From: Podarcis filfolensis
Taxonomy: Eukaryota
Assembly: GCA_964270895.1 (NCBI GenBank)
Contig: OZ185435.1
DNA: 64,000 nucleotides
Reading direction: 5' to 3' (one strand)
Part shown: one piece after another, positions 36,087 through 46,900 of the stretch
How the letters are laid out: each line of letters begins with the position of its first letter
How positions within the stretch are numbered: position 1 is the stretch's first letter
Program-made: the position numbers and the translations under genes
Notes under the pieces: generated by a model
What the model saw: the letters and a program-made list of their open reading frames with translations, nothing else
What the model was told of the DNA's origin: nothing
Database searches by the model: none

Positions 36087-37039
36087 TTATGGGCAAAACC
36101 TCAGCACCACCATTTGCTGGTGGAGAAGCAGAGCCTGCAATGCCTCTGAGGAGCCTGGTGAGTTGTCCCCTAGCTGCGTTGCTGGGCTCTGGATCTCCCT
36201 GCCCCTCTGCCAGGGACATGGGTACCCTAGGGGCCTGTTCTGTTGCACAGCACACAGCTGGCCTTTGCAGCAGGGAGGAGGACGGGGCTAAGCCAATTGA
36301 CTTAATCCACTTAACTGCGCTGATCTAATAAGGCCTGCAGCTCTGGCCAAGAATCGATGCAAATGTGATAAAGACACCCACTCCCACCTCAGCTTCCAGG
36401 ATCCAGGCTTCTGTTGGGAACATCCTGCTCCCCAACCAGATCCCCCTCTGGCCCCCCGAGCACTTTGGAGTCTGCTGCTCCACAACAGCAAAGAGCAGGA
36501 GCTGCCATTAAAACAGGTGAAAACATCTGGCTGCAGAACAGGCCTCCCTAGGGAGAGGCACAAGGCAGGGGATTCCTTTAGGCTGTGCTGACTTGCCAGG
36601 GAGAGGGGCTGCACTTTCCGCCCTGCTCTCCATAACTTGGTCTGTGGTAGAACAGCTGCTTGGCATGCAGAAGGTCATTGGCATCTCCAGGCAAGGCTGG
36701 GGAGAGACTCCTTGCCTGAAATCCTGGAGAGCCACTTCTGCCAGTCAGTGCAGACAGTACTGAGCAAGATGCAGCAATGGGTCCCACTCAGTATAAGGCA
36801 GCATTGCACCCCCCCCCCTCCATGCCAGGCCCACACTGCCTGTCTCGTGAAGCTTGCCATGTAAGGGATGTGCCAGGGCAGGAGGGGAGGAGATGACTGG
36901 CAGCACCAGCCTTTAATCAGGGAGCACCTTGGCCAGGCTCTCCTTCCTTCTTCCAATCACAGTGCCGGGGGGGGGGTAATAGAATGAAGTTACCAGTTGC
37001 TGCCAAGGGACAAAAAAGCAAAAATCAAAACCTCAAACC

Positions 37040-37450
37040 AGCTTTCATACATCCCAAGTCCCATTTCCCAGAAGGTGGAAGAACCAACAAGGGGGTCATC
37101 TATCTTGGATCTGGTCCTCACTAATAGGGAGGAGCTGATGGATGAAATGGAAGCACTTGGAAACTCTGAAACTTGGGAGGAAGTGATCCTCTTCTCCTGG
37201 GTTTCAGGATACAGAGGAAAGGGGAAACGAAAGGGGAGTCGGACACAGACTCTGGACTCCAAGAAGGGCAACTTCATATAGCTTAAGGAGCTACTGGGTG
37301 TGATCCCACCGTCAAAGAGAAGGGAGTCCAAGAAGGATGGGAGTTTCTAAAAGGAGAAATATTGAAGGCCCAAATGCAGACAATACCAACAAGAAAGAAA
37401 AGTGGGGGGCTCGGCAAAAATATATGTAAGCTATTTTCATACAAATTGCC
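37040..37450 (+). mobile_element. CR1 ORF2 internal (post-endonuclease) fragment
   Basis: SQKVEEPTRGSSILDLVLTNREELMDE...TQTLD.KKGNF; frameshifted. Confidence 0.8.
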
Positions 37451-37599
37451 CCCCAAGTCACAGCAGAGAGATAACCCCCCCCACACACACACACACACTT
37501 TCTAGACTTCTCTTGCACAAAACCCCCAGTACTGACTTGAAAATTTCAACAAATTCTGCAAATAAATAAATATTATAGGTTCCACGTTATATAAAAAAA

Positions 37600-39000
37600 G
37601 AACCATTAAAGGCATCTTGCCCACAGGCCCCTCCACCTGTTTGGCTGAACTCTGGCAAGTAGAATCCACTCCGAAGTGGCTGGCAGACCTGCCCTTGCCA
37701 CCCAGTTCTGCAAAAGAGGCATCTGCTTCCTTGGGCGCCCCTTGCAGTCAGCAGAGCCAAAGAAATCCTCCGTCCACCTGGCGGAAGCCCAAGCGACCCA
37801 GGTTCTGAGGGGCCAAAGCAGGCTGGGCCTGACTCTTCCCTCCTCGGTGCCCCCAGCGCTGCCTCCTTCGCCGCGCAGTCCAGCGCCGGCAGGCAGCGCT
37901 CAGCCCGGCCAAGACCCACCTGCTGCTGCTGCTGCTCCTGCGATCTCTGCTCCGCGTCCTGAGCCCCCAAGGCGCGTCTGCCGGCTGCTCCGGAGCTCCT
38001 TGCGCGGCGGAGAGACGAGGCTCCCGTTTCCTCCTCCTCCTCCTCCGGGCAGAGCCTGGACCTCCCTCCCTCCCGCCCGCCCCCCGGTGCCCAGCAGCCA
38101 CCTCCGCCCCTGGCGCGCCCAGAGCGGCGGGGAGGCGCTGCTGCTCCGGACTGGGGACCCTCTTGCCGGGGGCGGGCGGGATGGTCCGATTCCTCGGAGA
38201 AGGGCCGGGGGGGGGGGCACGGGACTGGACGGAGCCACCTTCAGCTAACGTGACTCACCTTTCCTGTTCTCGCCCAGGCAGGAAGCCAGAGAAGGACGGA
38301 GGGAGAGCAGCCCCGCGGGAGGGGACGGGCGGGGCCCCCGCCTTCCTGCGATGCCTCCAGGACCCAGGACTGGCCGGGTCTGGAGGGGACCCCGGGGCAT
38401 CTAGTCCACCCCCGCAGGGCAGCCCCCTTGCTTCCAAAGAGGGGCAAGCCGGGAGGCAGCCTTGGAAGGGCCCTGCTCCTTCTGCGAGGGGGCAGGACCC
38501 GCCTGCCGAGGGCGCCTCCTTGCAGAAGCCTCCGTCTCGAGAGGGACAAGGAAGGGCCGCCAGGGGGGTCCTGTGGGGGCAGAACTCTGGGTCGCCCGCG
38601 GGGGAGGGCGAGGTTGCCCACCCCACTCCCCCCCGCCGCCCAGACCGGAGGGCGAGGTTGCCCCCCTCACCTGGCGGCGCCTCCGTCCCAGTCGCTGCTG
38701 CTGCGCGGCGTCCGCCTCCTCCTCCCGGCCGGGCTCCCTCCCCACCCCCCCCCGTCGCCATGGAAACGGGGGGAGCTGCGGGGCGAAGGAGGAAGAGGGG
38801 CTGCAGCCAAAGGACCCCTCCCTGCCCCTCCAGTCCGAGCAGGTGCAGGGGCGCAGGCTGGGTGGCCGGGGCGGGGGGCTGCCCTGAGCCCCAAGGAAAG
38901 AAGCGCCAGCTCCAGCGGGGGGGGGGCAGATAAGCCCCCTACCCGGATGAGGGGGTCTCCCTGCCGACTGCACCTGGCTGCGCTGGGGGGGGGGGGCTTC
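37600..39000 (-). promoter_or_regulatory. CpG island, probable CYB561 promoter and non-coding first exon(s)
   Basis: CpG-rich and upstream of the CYB561 coding exons. Minus-strand donors CAG|GTGAGG (38671), AAG|GTGAGT (38259), CAG|GTGGGT (37920). X-box-like GTCGCCATGGAAAC at 38754-38767. Confidence 0.7.
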
Positions 39001-39336
39001 CCTGGTTGAGAAACTCAAGAAGCTGCTGGTGGCCCCACAGGAAGGAGAAGGATGCCCGTGGAACTCCCTGCAGCTTTTTAGGTGTCTCTTGGAAACAGTC
39101 CTTTTAAGACAGGCCACCGCAATGCATTTTTGTATAGAACCACCAGCACCTACTGATGATTTAAATGTTTCATAGATATGTTAGGGGTCTCCCTCCACCG
39201 GGATTTTTAACTGGTTTTATCCAGTTCTATTTTATACAGTGTATTGTTAAGTTGCTTTGAGATTTTCTTTATATAAAGCCACTAAGAAACATAATAATGT
39301 CTTAGCTTCCATAGCAAATGTTTTTTAGATTATAAA

Positions 39337-39738
39337 CTATGAGGAACGGCTAAGGGAGCTGGGCATGTTTAGCCTGGAGAAGAGGAGGTTAAGGGGTGAT
39401 ATGATAGCCATGTTCAAATATATAAAAGGATGTCACATAGAGGAGGGAGAAAGGTTGTTTTCTGCTGCTCCAGAGAAGTGGACACGGAGCAATGGATCCA
39501 AACTACAAGAAAGAAGATTCCACCTAAACATTAGGAAGAACTTCCTGACAGTAAGAGCTGTTCGACAGTGGAATTTGCTGCCAAGGAGTGTGGTGGAGTC
39601 TCCTTCTTTGGAGGTCTTTAAGCAGAGGCTTGACAACCATATGTCAGGAGTGCTCTGATGGTGTTTCCTGCTTGGCAGGGGGTTGGACTCGATGGCCCCT
39701 GTGGTCTCTTCCAACTCTATGATTCTATGATTCTATGA
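39337..39738 (+). mobile_element. CR1 LINE 3' end
   Basis: Intact frame FSLEKRRLRGDMIAMFKYIKG...[47 protein letters not shown]; ends in (ATTCTATG)n. Confidence 0.92.
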
Positions 39739-40254
39739 ACTACGTCTTGGGCAACAAAAGATAATATTTAGAATTGGACTGGTACTTTTGTACAGAAAGG
39801 GACTATTCACAACATGTTGCAGAAGGTGTAATTAGGAAAATGCTTCTTTGAAACATAAGTTTAAGCAATGTCTGACGTTTATGAATTTTTGGATTAAAGT
39901 CTTAGGATGTATAAATACTCTATTTGGGGGGAAATAAAATTGTCAGATGATGGCATTATCCTAAATGTCATGTCAATTATATGAAGCTTGGCAGCTGGTC
40001 GATCTAGATGGACTCTTTGTGCCCTTACTTCTGCCAAAAGAATGATATTGACTGGAAAGATAATACTTTGGCCCCTTTTTGATTAATGGAGAGACGATAG
40101 GACATTTCTTGCAACATAGGAACAGATTATTTTTAGATGCAGATTGTGTATTTTGTGCATTTTGTTCAGAGAGAGATGACCCTCCATTTGCCTCCTGTGG
40201 CTTAATCAACCAGCTGCTCTTTTCAACATCCAGGATTCTGTAAACACCAAGCAT

Positions 40255-40260
40255 TTTATT
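40255..40260 (-). terminator. Probable ZNF511 polyadenylation signal
   Basis: AATAAA on the minus strand about 260 nt downstream of the ZNF511 stop. Confidence 0.5.
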
Positions 40261-40520
40261 TTCAAAAATACAGAAACGATTTTCACCCTCCACACGCAAC
40301 TCTGGTCCTGGGGACTCCTGGCCTGCAGGAGCAGCTCCCAGTTGGAGAAGGACCCAGTTCACTGTCTCTGCCAGGTAGGGCAGGCACACCTCCCTACACC
40401 AGAGCCCACTTTGCCTCTGCTGAAGGGTCAAAACCAGCTCCTCTGCCTGAGGAAAGGCCGCCTGGGTTTTGCAAAAGTCTTTCTTCACTCTGCCACTTCC
40501 TGAAGTTCCTCTTTGGTCCC

Positions 40521-43023
40521 TCAGGCCTTCTTTTTTCTGCCTTGGAAGCTGCGCTTTGCCCCTTGTCCAAAGCAAACAGTGTGTGGGACACTGGAAGAGA
40601 AGGAACAGCAAGAGAGCTTTCAGTGTCCTCATGGCCAGCAGTAAAAAGGGCTCTGGGTGGATCAGAGGCTTGGCTGAGGCTTCTCAGGTTTCCAAATGCC
40701 ATATGCGAGCGCTGCCATTTAAGATAACTTGTGTGACTACAGAAGGCCCTGAAATCTATTGAAATTTGTTACGCTTTCCTGTCGCTCAGCCACTCAGGCT
40801 CAACAATGGGTGTAGTTCCTTATTTTAACTCATTTCTGGTACCTCCATATTGAGCTCATGTTACCACAAGTGCATGAAGCGTTGTCATTTGATTAGTAAA
40901 AAAATTACCCAGTCACCAGTTCAGTAACTAAGCTATGCAAACATATATACATGCAAGCAATATTCCAAAAGCAGAACAGCTCTTTCTGACTTATTCCAGA
41001 GGCCAGACTTACACATTTCAAGACGTTACTACCCTGTGCTTCTTCAGGAGGAAAGGGGATATAATTTTAATATAAACAGCAATATTAGTTAGTAGTGCCA
41101 AATCGCCCCAAGTTTCACTCACACAATGCCATTCATGCAGCTTCCAGCCATTCAAAAAGATTTGGGGCAGGATTTTAAGATGAGATACCTATTTTCTCTT
41201 GGAGGTTTAGTGACCCTTTTTAGTTTGTGGCTGACAGAAGAAGCAAGCGTTGACATCATTCTCCACACACAAAGAACAAGCGGATGCTAAGACGAGGACA
41301 GCCGCTCCAGGAGAGGCACCGACCTGGACCTGTAGAGCCGCCTCTCAGGTGGCGGAAAGGCTGGCGTGTCCTCTGCCCCAGGCTGGGGCGGCTTCTCCTC
41401 TGTGCTCTCGCTGGGGCCGACTTCCATGGCATCGTCCGCTGCTGGCTCCCTGCAGTCTTCTCCCTCCCACACATCCATCGGGAAGGTGCTCTCTCTGGAG
41501 GGAGATCTCGCTGCCTTTGTGCTGGCACAAAAACACAGCCCAGAGCAAAAGCCTTGCAAACTTTATGAAAAGGCATGAGGACCTTGCTGCTGCCACCACC
41601 CCAGTTTCTCTCACCACATGGAGGCTGTCTGTGAGTCCTGGCCCTTCTATCTTGTCAGCTTCTTCTCCCCCCAGCCTTGCTTTTCTTCCTGCAACATGCT
41701 GGCAGGAGCCTGGGTGGTGCAGCAGTCACAGTGGCAGGCAAAGACTTTATAGAAGAGGATCTAAATCCCTCCCCACCCATGAGGCTCACCAAGTGGCCTT
41801 GGGGCCAGGCACTTCCTCTCAGCCTCACCTACCTTGGCTCCTGGGCAAAAAGGGCAGGATTCCAAAGAAAGCCAAACAGTACTAGATTTGTCTAGAAGAT
41901 TTGTCTGCTCCCCCCCGCTCCATGTCCGAAGCCAGTCTGCTGAACAGTGAGCATGTCTGCCTCCCCCCCCCCCCCGTTACCCACACCTAAGTACTTACCT
42001 CTTTGCCTTCACGGGTTTATCAAAGCGGAAGTCCGATGGGTAGCAGTGAACTCGGATCAAGTGCTCCTTGCGCTCTTTGCTGTTCTTGAACTTCTCTGGA
42101 CAGCTCTCAACCAGGCACTGGTACTAGAAAAGGGGGCAAGAAGGGGCTGGTCAGCATTTGGGGTCCCAACCACTCAAGCAGAGGTGGGCTTTTAAAAAAA
42201 ATCTCTGATGTCTTATTGCGTTTTTTTTGTTTTGTTGGAAGCAGCCCAGAGTGGCTGGGGCAATACAGTCAGGGGGACAAGATACAAATAATAAAATTAT
42301 TGTCATGACGAAGCAGCTGGCTACTGATGCAATGGCCTATTATACGGACTAGAAGCCACTTCCTGGAGCAGGCGGGAGGCTGTGGGCCGCCAGGGCTGCC
42401 TTGCCCTCCAGGGGCCTCCGGCTCTCACCAGGCTGCGCTTCTCCGCCATGACCCCGAAGAGGGCGTCGTGCCACTCCAGCAGGTGCAGGTGCAGCAGGTG
42501 CGCCGAGGGGAAGGCGCGCTGGCAGGCGGAGCAGGCGCTGCGGTGAAGGAGGCCGTAGTGGTGCTCGCAGCTGGCCAGGGAGTCGAAGACCTGCGCGCAG
42601 CCCACGGCCGGGCACGGGAAGGCGGCGGGGGGCCTGCGGGAGACACGGGGGACGGGGGGTCGCAAGGGGCACCCAAAGGCCGCCCAGACCCGCCCCGCAG
42701 GGAGGGGAGAAGGGGCGCCGGGGTTCCCCCGAGGGCGCCCGCGGGCGACGCTCACCGGGAGGCCCCTCCGGGGGGGGCGCTGGGCTCCGCATCCTGGAGG
42801 CGGAGATGCCGCTGGACGTCGCCGTCCTAAGAGGAAGGAAGAAAGACCCGGATGACGCCACTTCCGGAAGGCCCCCCAGGGCTCCCCTCTCCCCCCCCCT
42901 CAGCCCGCCCGCCCGCCCGCCTGCCTCGAAGAAGGGGTGCTGCGCGGGGAAGCGGAGCCTGGCCGGGCGGAAGCGGAAGGGGCCTCCGCCTCCCCCGTCT
43001 CGCTCGCCTTCCTCGTCCCGCAT
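40521..43023 (-). CDS. ZNF511: Zinc finger protein 511, 6 coding exons, 255 aa
   Basis: Exons (minus): 43023-42925, 42826-42756, 42633-42429, 42123-41999, 41521-41324, 40590-40521 (768 nt, phases consistent). Motifs PFRF...HPFFE|DGDVQRHL, three C2H2 fingers (CPAVGC...HYGLLH; CSAC...HLLEWH; YQCLVESC...HLIRVH), YPSDFRFDKP, RRLYRS|..VPHTVCFGQGA. Intron 1 needs a GC donor. The frame is open upstream to ATGs at 43140 and 43149. Confidence 0.93.
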
Positions 43024-43900
43024 CCTCCCGCTTTCCTCGCCCGCTGCCGGAAGAGGCGGGTCTCTCTCTCCCGCTTCCGCTTCCTCTCCCGCCGCGGCGC
43101 TTCCGGGGCCCCGTTGCCGGGGAGACGCCTCCCGGTCCATGGCGGCCATGAGCGAGTTCCGGCTCCACCACGACGTGAACGAGCTTCTCCGGCTCCTCCG
43201 CGCCAGGGGCTCCTGCGGGGAAGGCGGCGCCGAGGGTTACGTGGAGCTGCTGCAGAGGAGCCAGAGCGGGCCCTTCCTCGCCACCTCCGCCGCCGCCCTC
43301 GGAGCCAAGGCGAGCGAGGCCCCGGGGGGAGGGAGGGAGGGAGGGAAGGACCCCCCCGGGACCCCCGGCCCCCTCCCTCCCCGGGTGGCCCCGGGACCCC
43401 CCAGGGACTCCCCCGCCGGGCGCTGACCCCCCCCGCTGCGCCCCCCCGTCTCCCCGCAGGTGAAGATCGCGGAGTTTTCTCGGACGCCGGAAGACTTTCT
43501 GACCAAGTACGACGAGCTGAAGTCGAAGAACACGCGGCACCTGGACTCGCTGGTGCAGCTGCTCTCCAAACTGACCGAGGACAAGGAGGTGAGGAGAGGC
43601 CAGACCCCCCCCCCCCCCGCCGGGACAGGAGACCCAGAAAGCCGTTCCAGATCCGGGGAAGGGAGGCGGGGCAGAGCTCGGCGGGGTCCCCCCAGAAGCA
43701 GCCCCGGCCAGCCATTCCTCAGCCCAGCCCAGCGCTGGCTCACCGGTTCCCCATCAAGAGAAGAAGCAGAGGGTGGGACCTGCAGCCCCGGGTTGGAGGG
43801 TCCAGAGCCCCCGCTCCCCTCTCTCCCTTCCCACCCGGCAGACTGACAAGAGAGAGACAGGTTGCTCTGGCCTGAGGCCTGAATTTGAATTCGGACCCCT
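42350..43900. promoter_or_regulatory. CpG island / bidirectional promoter of ZNF511 and TUBGCP2
   Basis: Very GC- and CpG-rich. ETS/GABPA motifs ACTTCCGGAAG (42860-42870), CCGGAAG (43047-43053), CTTCCGG (43100-43106); CRE half-site TGACGCCA (42853-42860); YY1-like ATGGCGG at 43139. Confidence 0.85.
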
Positions 43901-46900
43901 GAGGGCTGCAGGTTGCCCACCTCGGCTGTCATATATCAAGACTGGGGAGGCAGCTGGGAGATCCACTCTCCTTGTGGGCTGTGGCTCTTTGGTGCCATTC
44001 CTGAGTTCTGCTTTTTGTGGGGCTTTTGCAGACCCTCCAGTACTTGCAGCAAAATGCCAAGGAAAGGGCAGAGCTAGCAGCCAATGCAGCGGCCAACAGT
44101 GGTGGAGCCAGCAGCAGCGTCACTTTCTCCATTCCCTCAACAACAGCCAAAATGACCGTCCAGGAGCTGGAGGAGCTACGGAAGCAGCTGGGCACCGTCA
44201 CAACCAGCTCCAGCGCCCCACAGGTCCCTCTCTTCTCTCGGGTCCCCTGATTTGTTATTTGGGAAGGGAGGGTTCTGCTGCAGCCAAAGCCTTTGGGATC
44301 TCTCTCTCACACATGGATGGGAAGCCAGTGACCTCAGTGGGCAGCTGCAGGAGGTCCTTAGCTGGGCTCCCTGTAGTGCCTACTTCAGAGGAAGTTCTGC
44401 CTTGTCCAACACTCCGGGTGGGTGGGCTGCTCTTCGGTTTGCCAAGGGGACTAGGGGTGGGTCCTGAGAGGCCTCCCTGGGTGCAAATACTGTGCCAGCC
44501 TCTTTTGCCCCCTGAGCAAAGGGGGCAGGAACTGGCAGCGAGTGGGAGCCCAGCTGCCACACACCCTGCTGCCATGGCTGCTTGATAGTACAGTGTCTGG
44601 GCTGGCCTGTCACTCGCTCTCTTCCTTGGCAGTCTCTTGAGCTGGTGCGGAAGTCGCTCAGGGACAAGCAGAACAGGAAGAACTCTGGGCAGCCCATCCC
44701 ATCCTTTCCGGCCTGGGTGTATGAGAGGCCGGCCCTCATCGGGGACTTCCTCACGAGCTCCAGCCTGAGCCTGGACACCACGGTGCCTATAGGTGAGTCT
44801 TGCACGAGAGGAGCAGAGGGTCTCACAGCTTGGGGCTGTTTCTGCCTCCCCTGCCTGGATATTTCTCTGGGACCCTTAATGGGCAGCTGGTGATGCTCTG
44901 CCAATGTGGGTCTGGGCAGTGCAGCGCGGAAGGTCCAGAGCACAAGAAGAGTGGGGCGGCTGGATCAGGCCAAAGGGGCCTATCCATTCCAGCATCCTGT
45001 CCTCACAGGGGCCCACCAGATGCCCCCAATGGAAAATCCATTGGCAGGATCCAAGCCCAAGAGCCCTCTCCTCTCCCATAGCTGCCAACAACTGCCAGCT
45101 TACGATAGATTAAAAACACATGAATACGAGTAGAGTTTTATTTGTGAGCCCAGCAGGCACAATAAAAAGTGTCAAACAGCTTGACGTAAAAAAATAAGCA
45201 CGCCAAACCGTGTCCAGGTATACAAAATATCCATAGGGATAAAGTCAAAGAGCTTTTCAAGGCAGCCACCTGTCAAATGCCCTCTCCTCTCCCGCTGGTG
45301 GGAGACCCTGCTCTTTTTAAGAATGGCCAGCTGCCCTTTTGGCCCTCAGGCGGGTTCCCCAGATGCATTTGTTCAAGTGGCGGTGGTGCATGACGTGCCG
45401 CTTTCCTCTGCCAGGGACTTTGCCACTGGCAGCCCAGGAATCTGCTGTGGTGGAGGACTTGCTCTACGTCCTGATTGGGGTGGATGGCCGGTACATCACT
45501 GCGCAGCCACTGGTGGGCAGAGAGAGCCGCACTTTCTTGGTGGATCCCAACCTGGATATGTCAGTCAAGGAGCTGGTCACCAGGATCCTCCCCGTGGCAG
45601 CGAGCTACTCCATCGTCACCAGGTAGCAGCCTGGGGTTCCTCATCAGGGACGGAGCTGGGGGAGGCGAAGAAGACGCAGCGACAGCCTGTGTCCCATCCC
45701 TCTGGCTGAGGGCTGGGTGGGGGGGCCTCTGGGGTTCCTCCCACCTGGGGGCTGCAGCAGCTCAGAGCCCCAAAGGCCCCTGGAGCTCAGGGAGCCTAGG
45801 GAGCTTCCTGCTTCCTCTCATTGCTGAGCTGCAGAAGAACAAGGCTTCCTTGCATCTTGGGCAGGTGGGGCGGGGGGGGTGGCATTGGTGGGCCACGTTT
45901 CTGGTGGGGCCCAGAGGTGCTGGGGCTGGCTTCCAGCAGCAGCTCTCTGTCCTGCGCCCTGACAGGTTTGTGGAAGAGAAGTCTTCCTTTGAGTACGGGC
46001 AGGTGAACCACGCGCTGGCGGCCGCCATGAGGGCCCTGGTCAAGGAATACATGACCCTGGTGACGCAGCTGGAGCACCTGCAGCGCCAAGGCCTGCTCTC
46101 CCTGCAGAAGCTCTGGTTCTACATCCAGCCCACCATGAGGACCATGGAGATCCTGGCTTCCCTGGGTGAGTGCAGGGCAAGGTCTCTCTGGGGGGCAGTG
46201 AGCAGGGTGTCTTTCTGGGCAGCCGCCTTCTCTGTCTGCTTGCCTCCTGCTCCCCTGGAGGGGGCAAGGGAGGGAGGGAGGCTTGGATCTTGGAGCCCCA
46301 GTGCCCGGAGAGGCTGAGCTGGCTCTCCTTCATCAAGGGGGGCGGTGGAAGGAGATGGGTCTCTGGCTCTGCCCACTGCTGGGATGTTGCTGCAGGGAGG
46401 GTCCTTCCAAGGAGTCCAGCAGCCCACCGCCGAAAGGGGTTCCCTCGTGCCACAGTCAGTCTCAGGTGAGGCCAGTGATTGGGTCATTCCTTTTCCTGGG
46501 GGCAGCAAAGTCAAAGGGGCTCCCTCTGGGACCAGGACCCCCTGGGAATGCCACTCCTCCTCCTCCTTCCCACCAGGAGCCCCATCCCTCAGCCCTAGAA
46601 AGAGGAGCTGCAGGGGAGCTTCCTTTGCACACACATCCCCCCCCAAATGCTGTGGAAGCCTCCAAGTCCCCCCTACCCTGGTGCCCCAGAGCAGAAGGGG
46701 GCATCCTCTGGCCCCTCCTTATTTTGGTAACAATTTTTATAAAGTTGACACAGAGGGATGTTGGGGTGTCTTCATTTTGGTTACTGTATATATATTACAG
46801 TTTTTAAGGTTGATCTCTTCTGTGAACCGCCCTGAGACCTCCAGGTATAGGGTGGTATATAAATTCAATTAAGAAGAAGTTTGCAATTACAATCGGATAA

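Noticed and set aside
37600-39117. Long ORFs (190-256 aa) in the CYB561 island
   Set aside because: GC-rich artefacts with no domain similarity that I recognise.
41010-41050. Hammerhead-like CTGAAGA...GAAA on the minus strand in a ZNF511 intron
   Set aside because: Stem II does not pair adequately and I see no stem I/III or cleavage triplet.
34699-41324. In-frame ZNF511-CYB561 read-through fusion (by analogy to human ZNF511-PRAP1)
   Set aside because: The preferred CYB561 acceptor needs a phase-1 donor while ZNF511 donors are phase 0 or 2, and a polyA signal intervenes.
42300-43950. Many long overlapping ORFs (200-312 aa) in the ZNF511/TUBGCP2 island
   Set aside because: Low-complexity Pro/Gly/Arg/Ala translations expected where stop codons are scarce; the real coding parts are the short exons already assigned.
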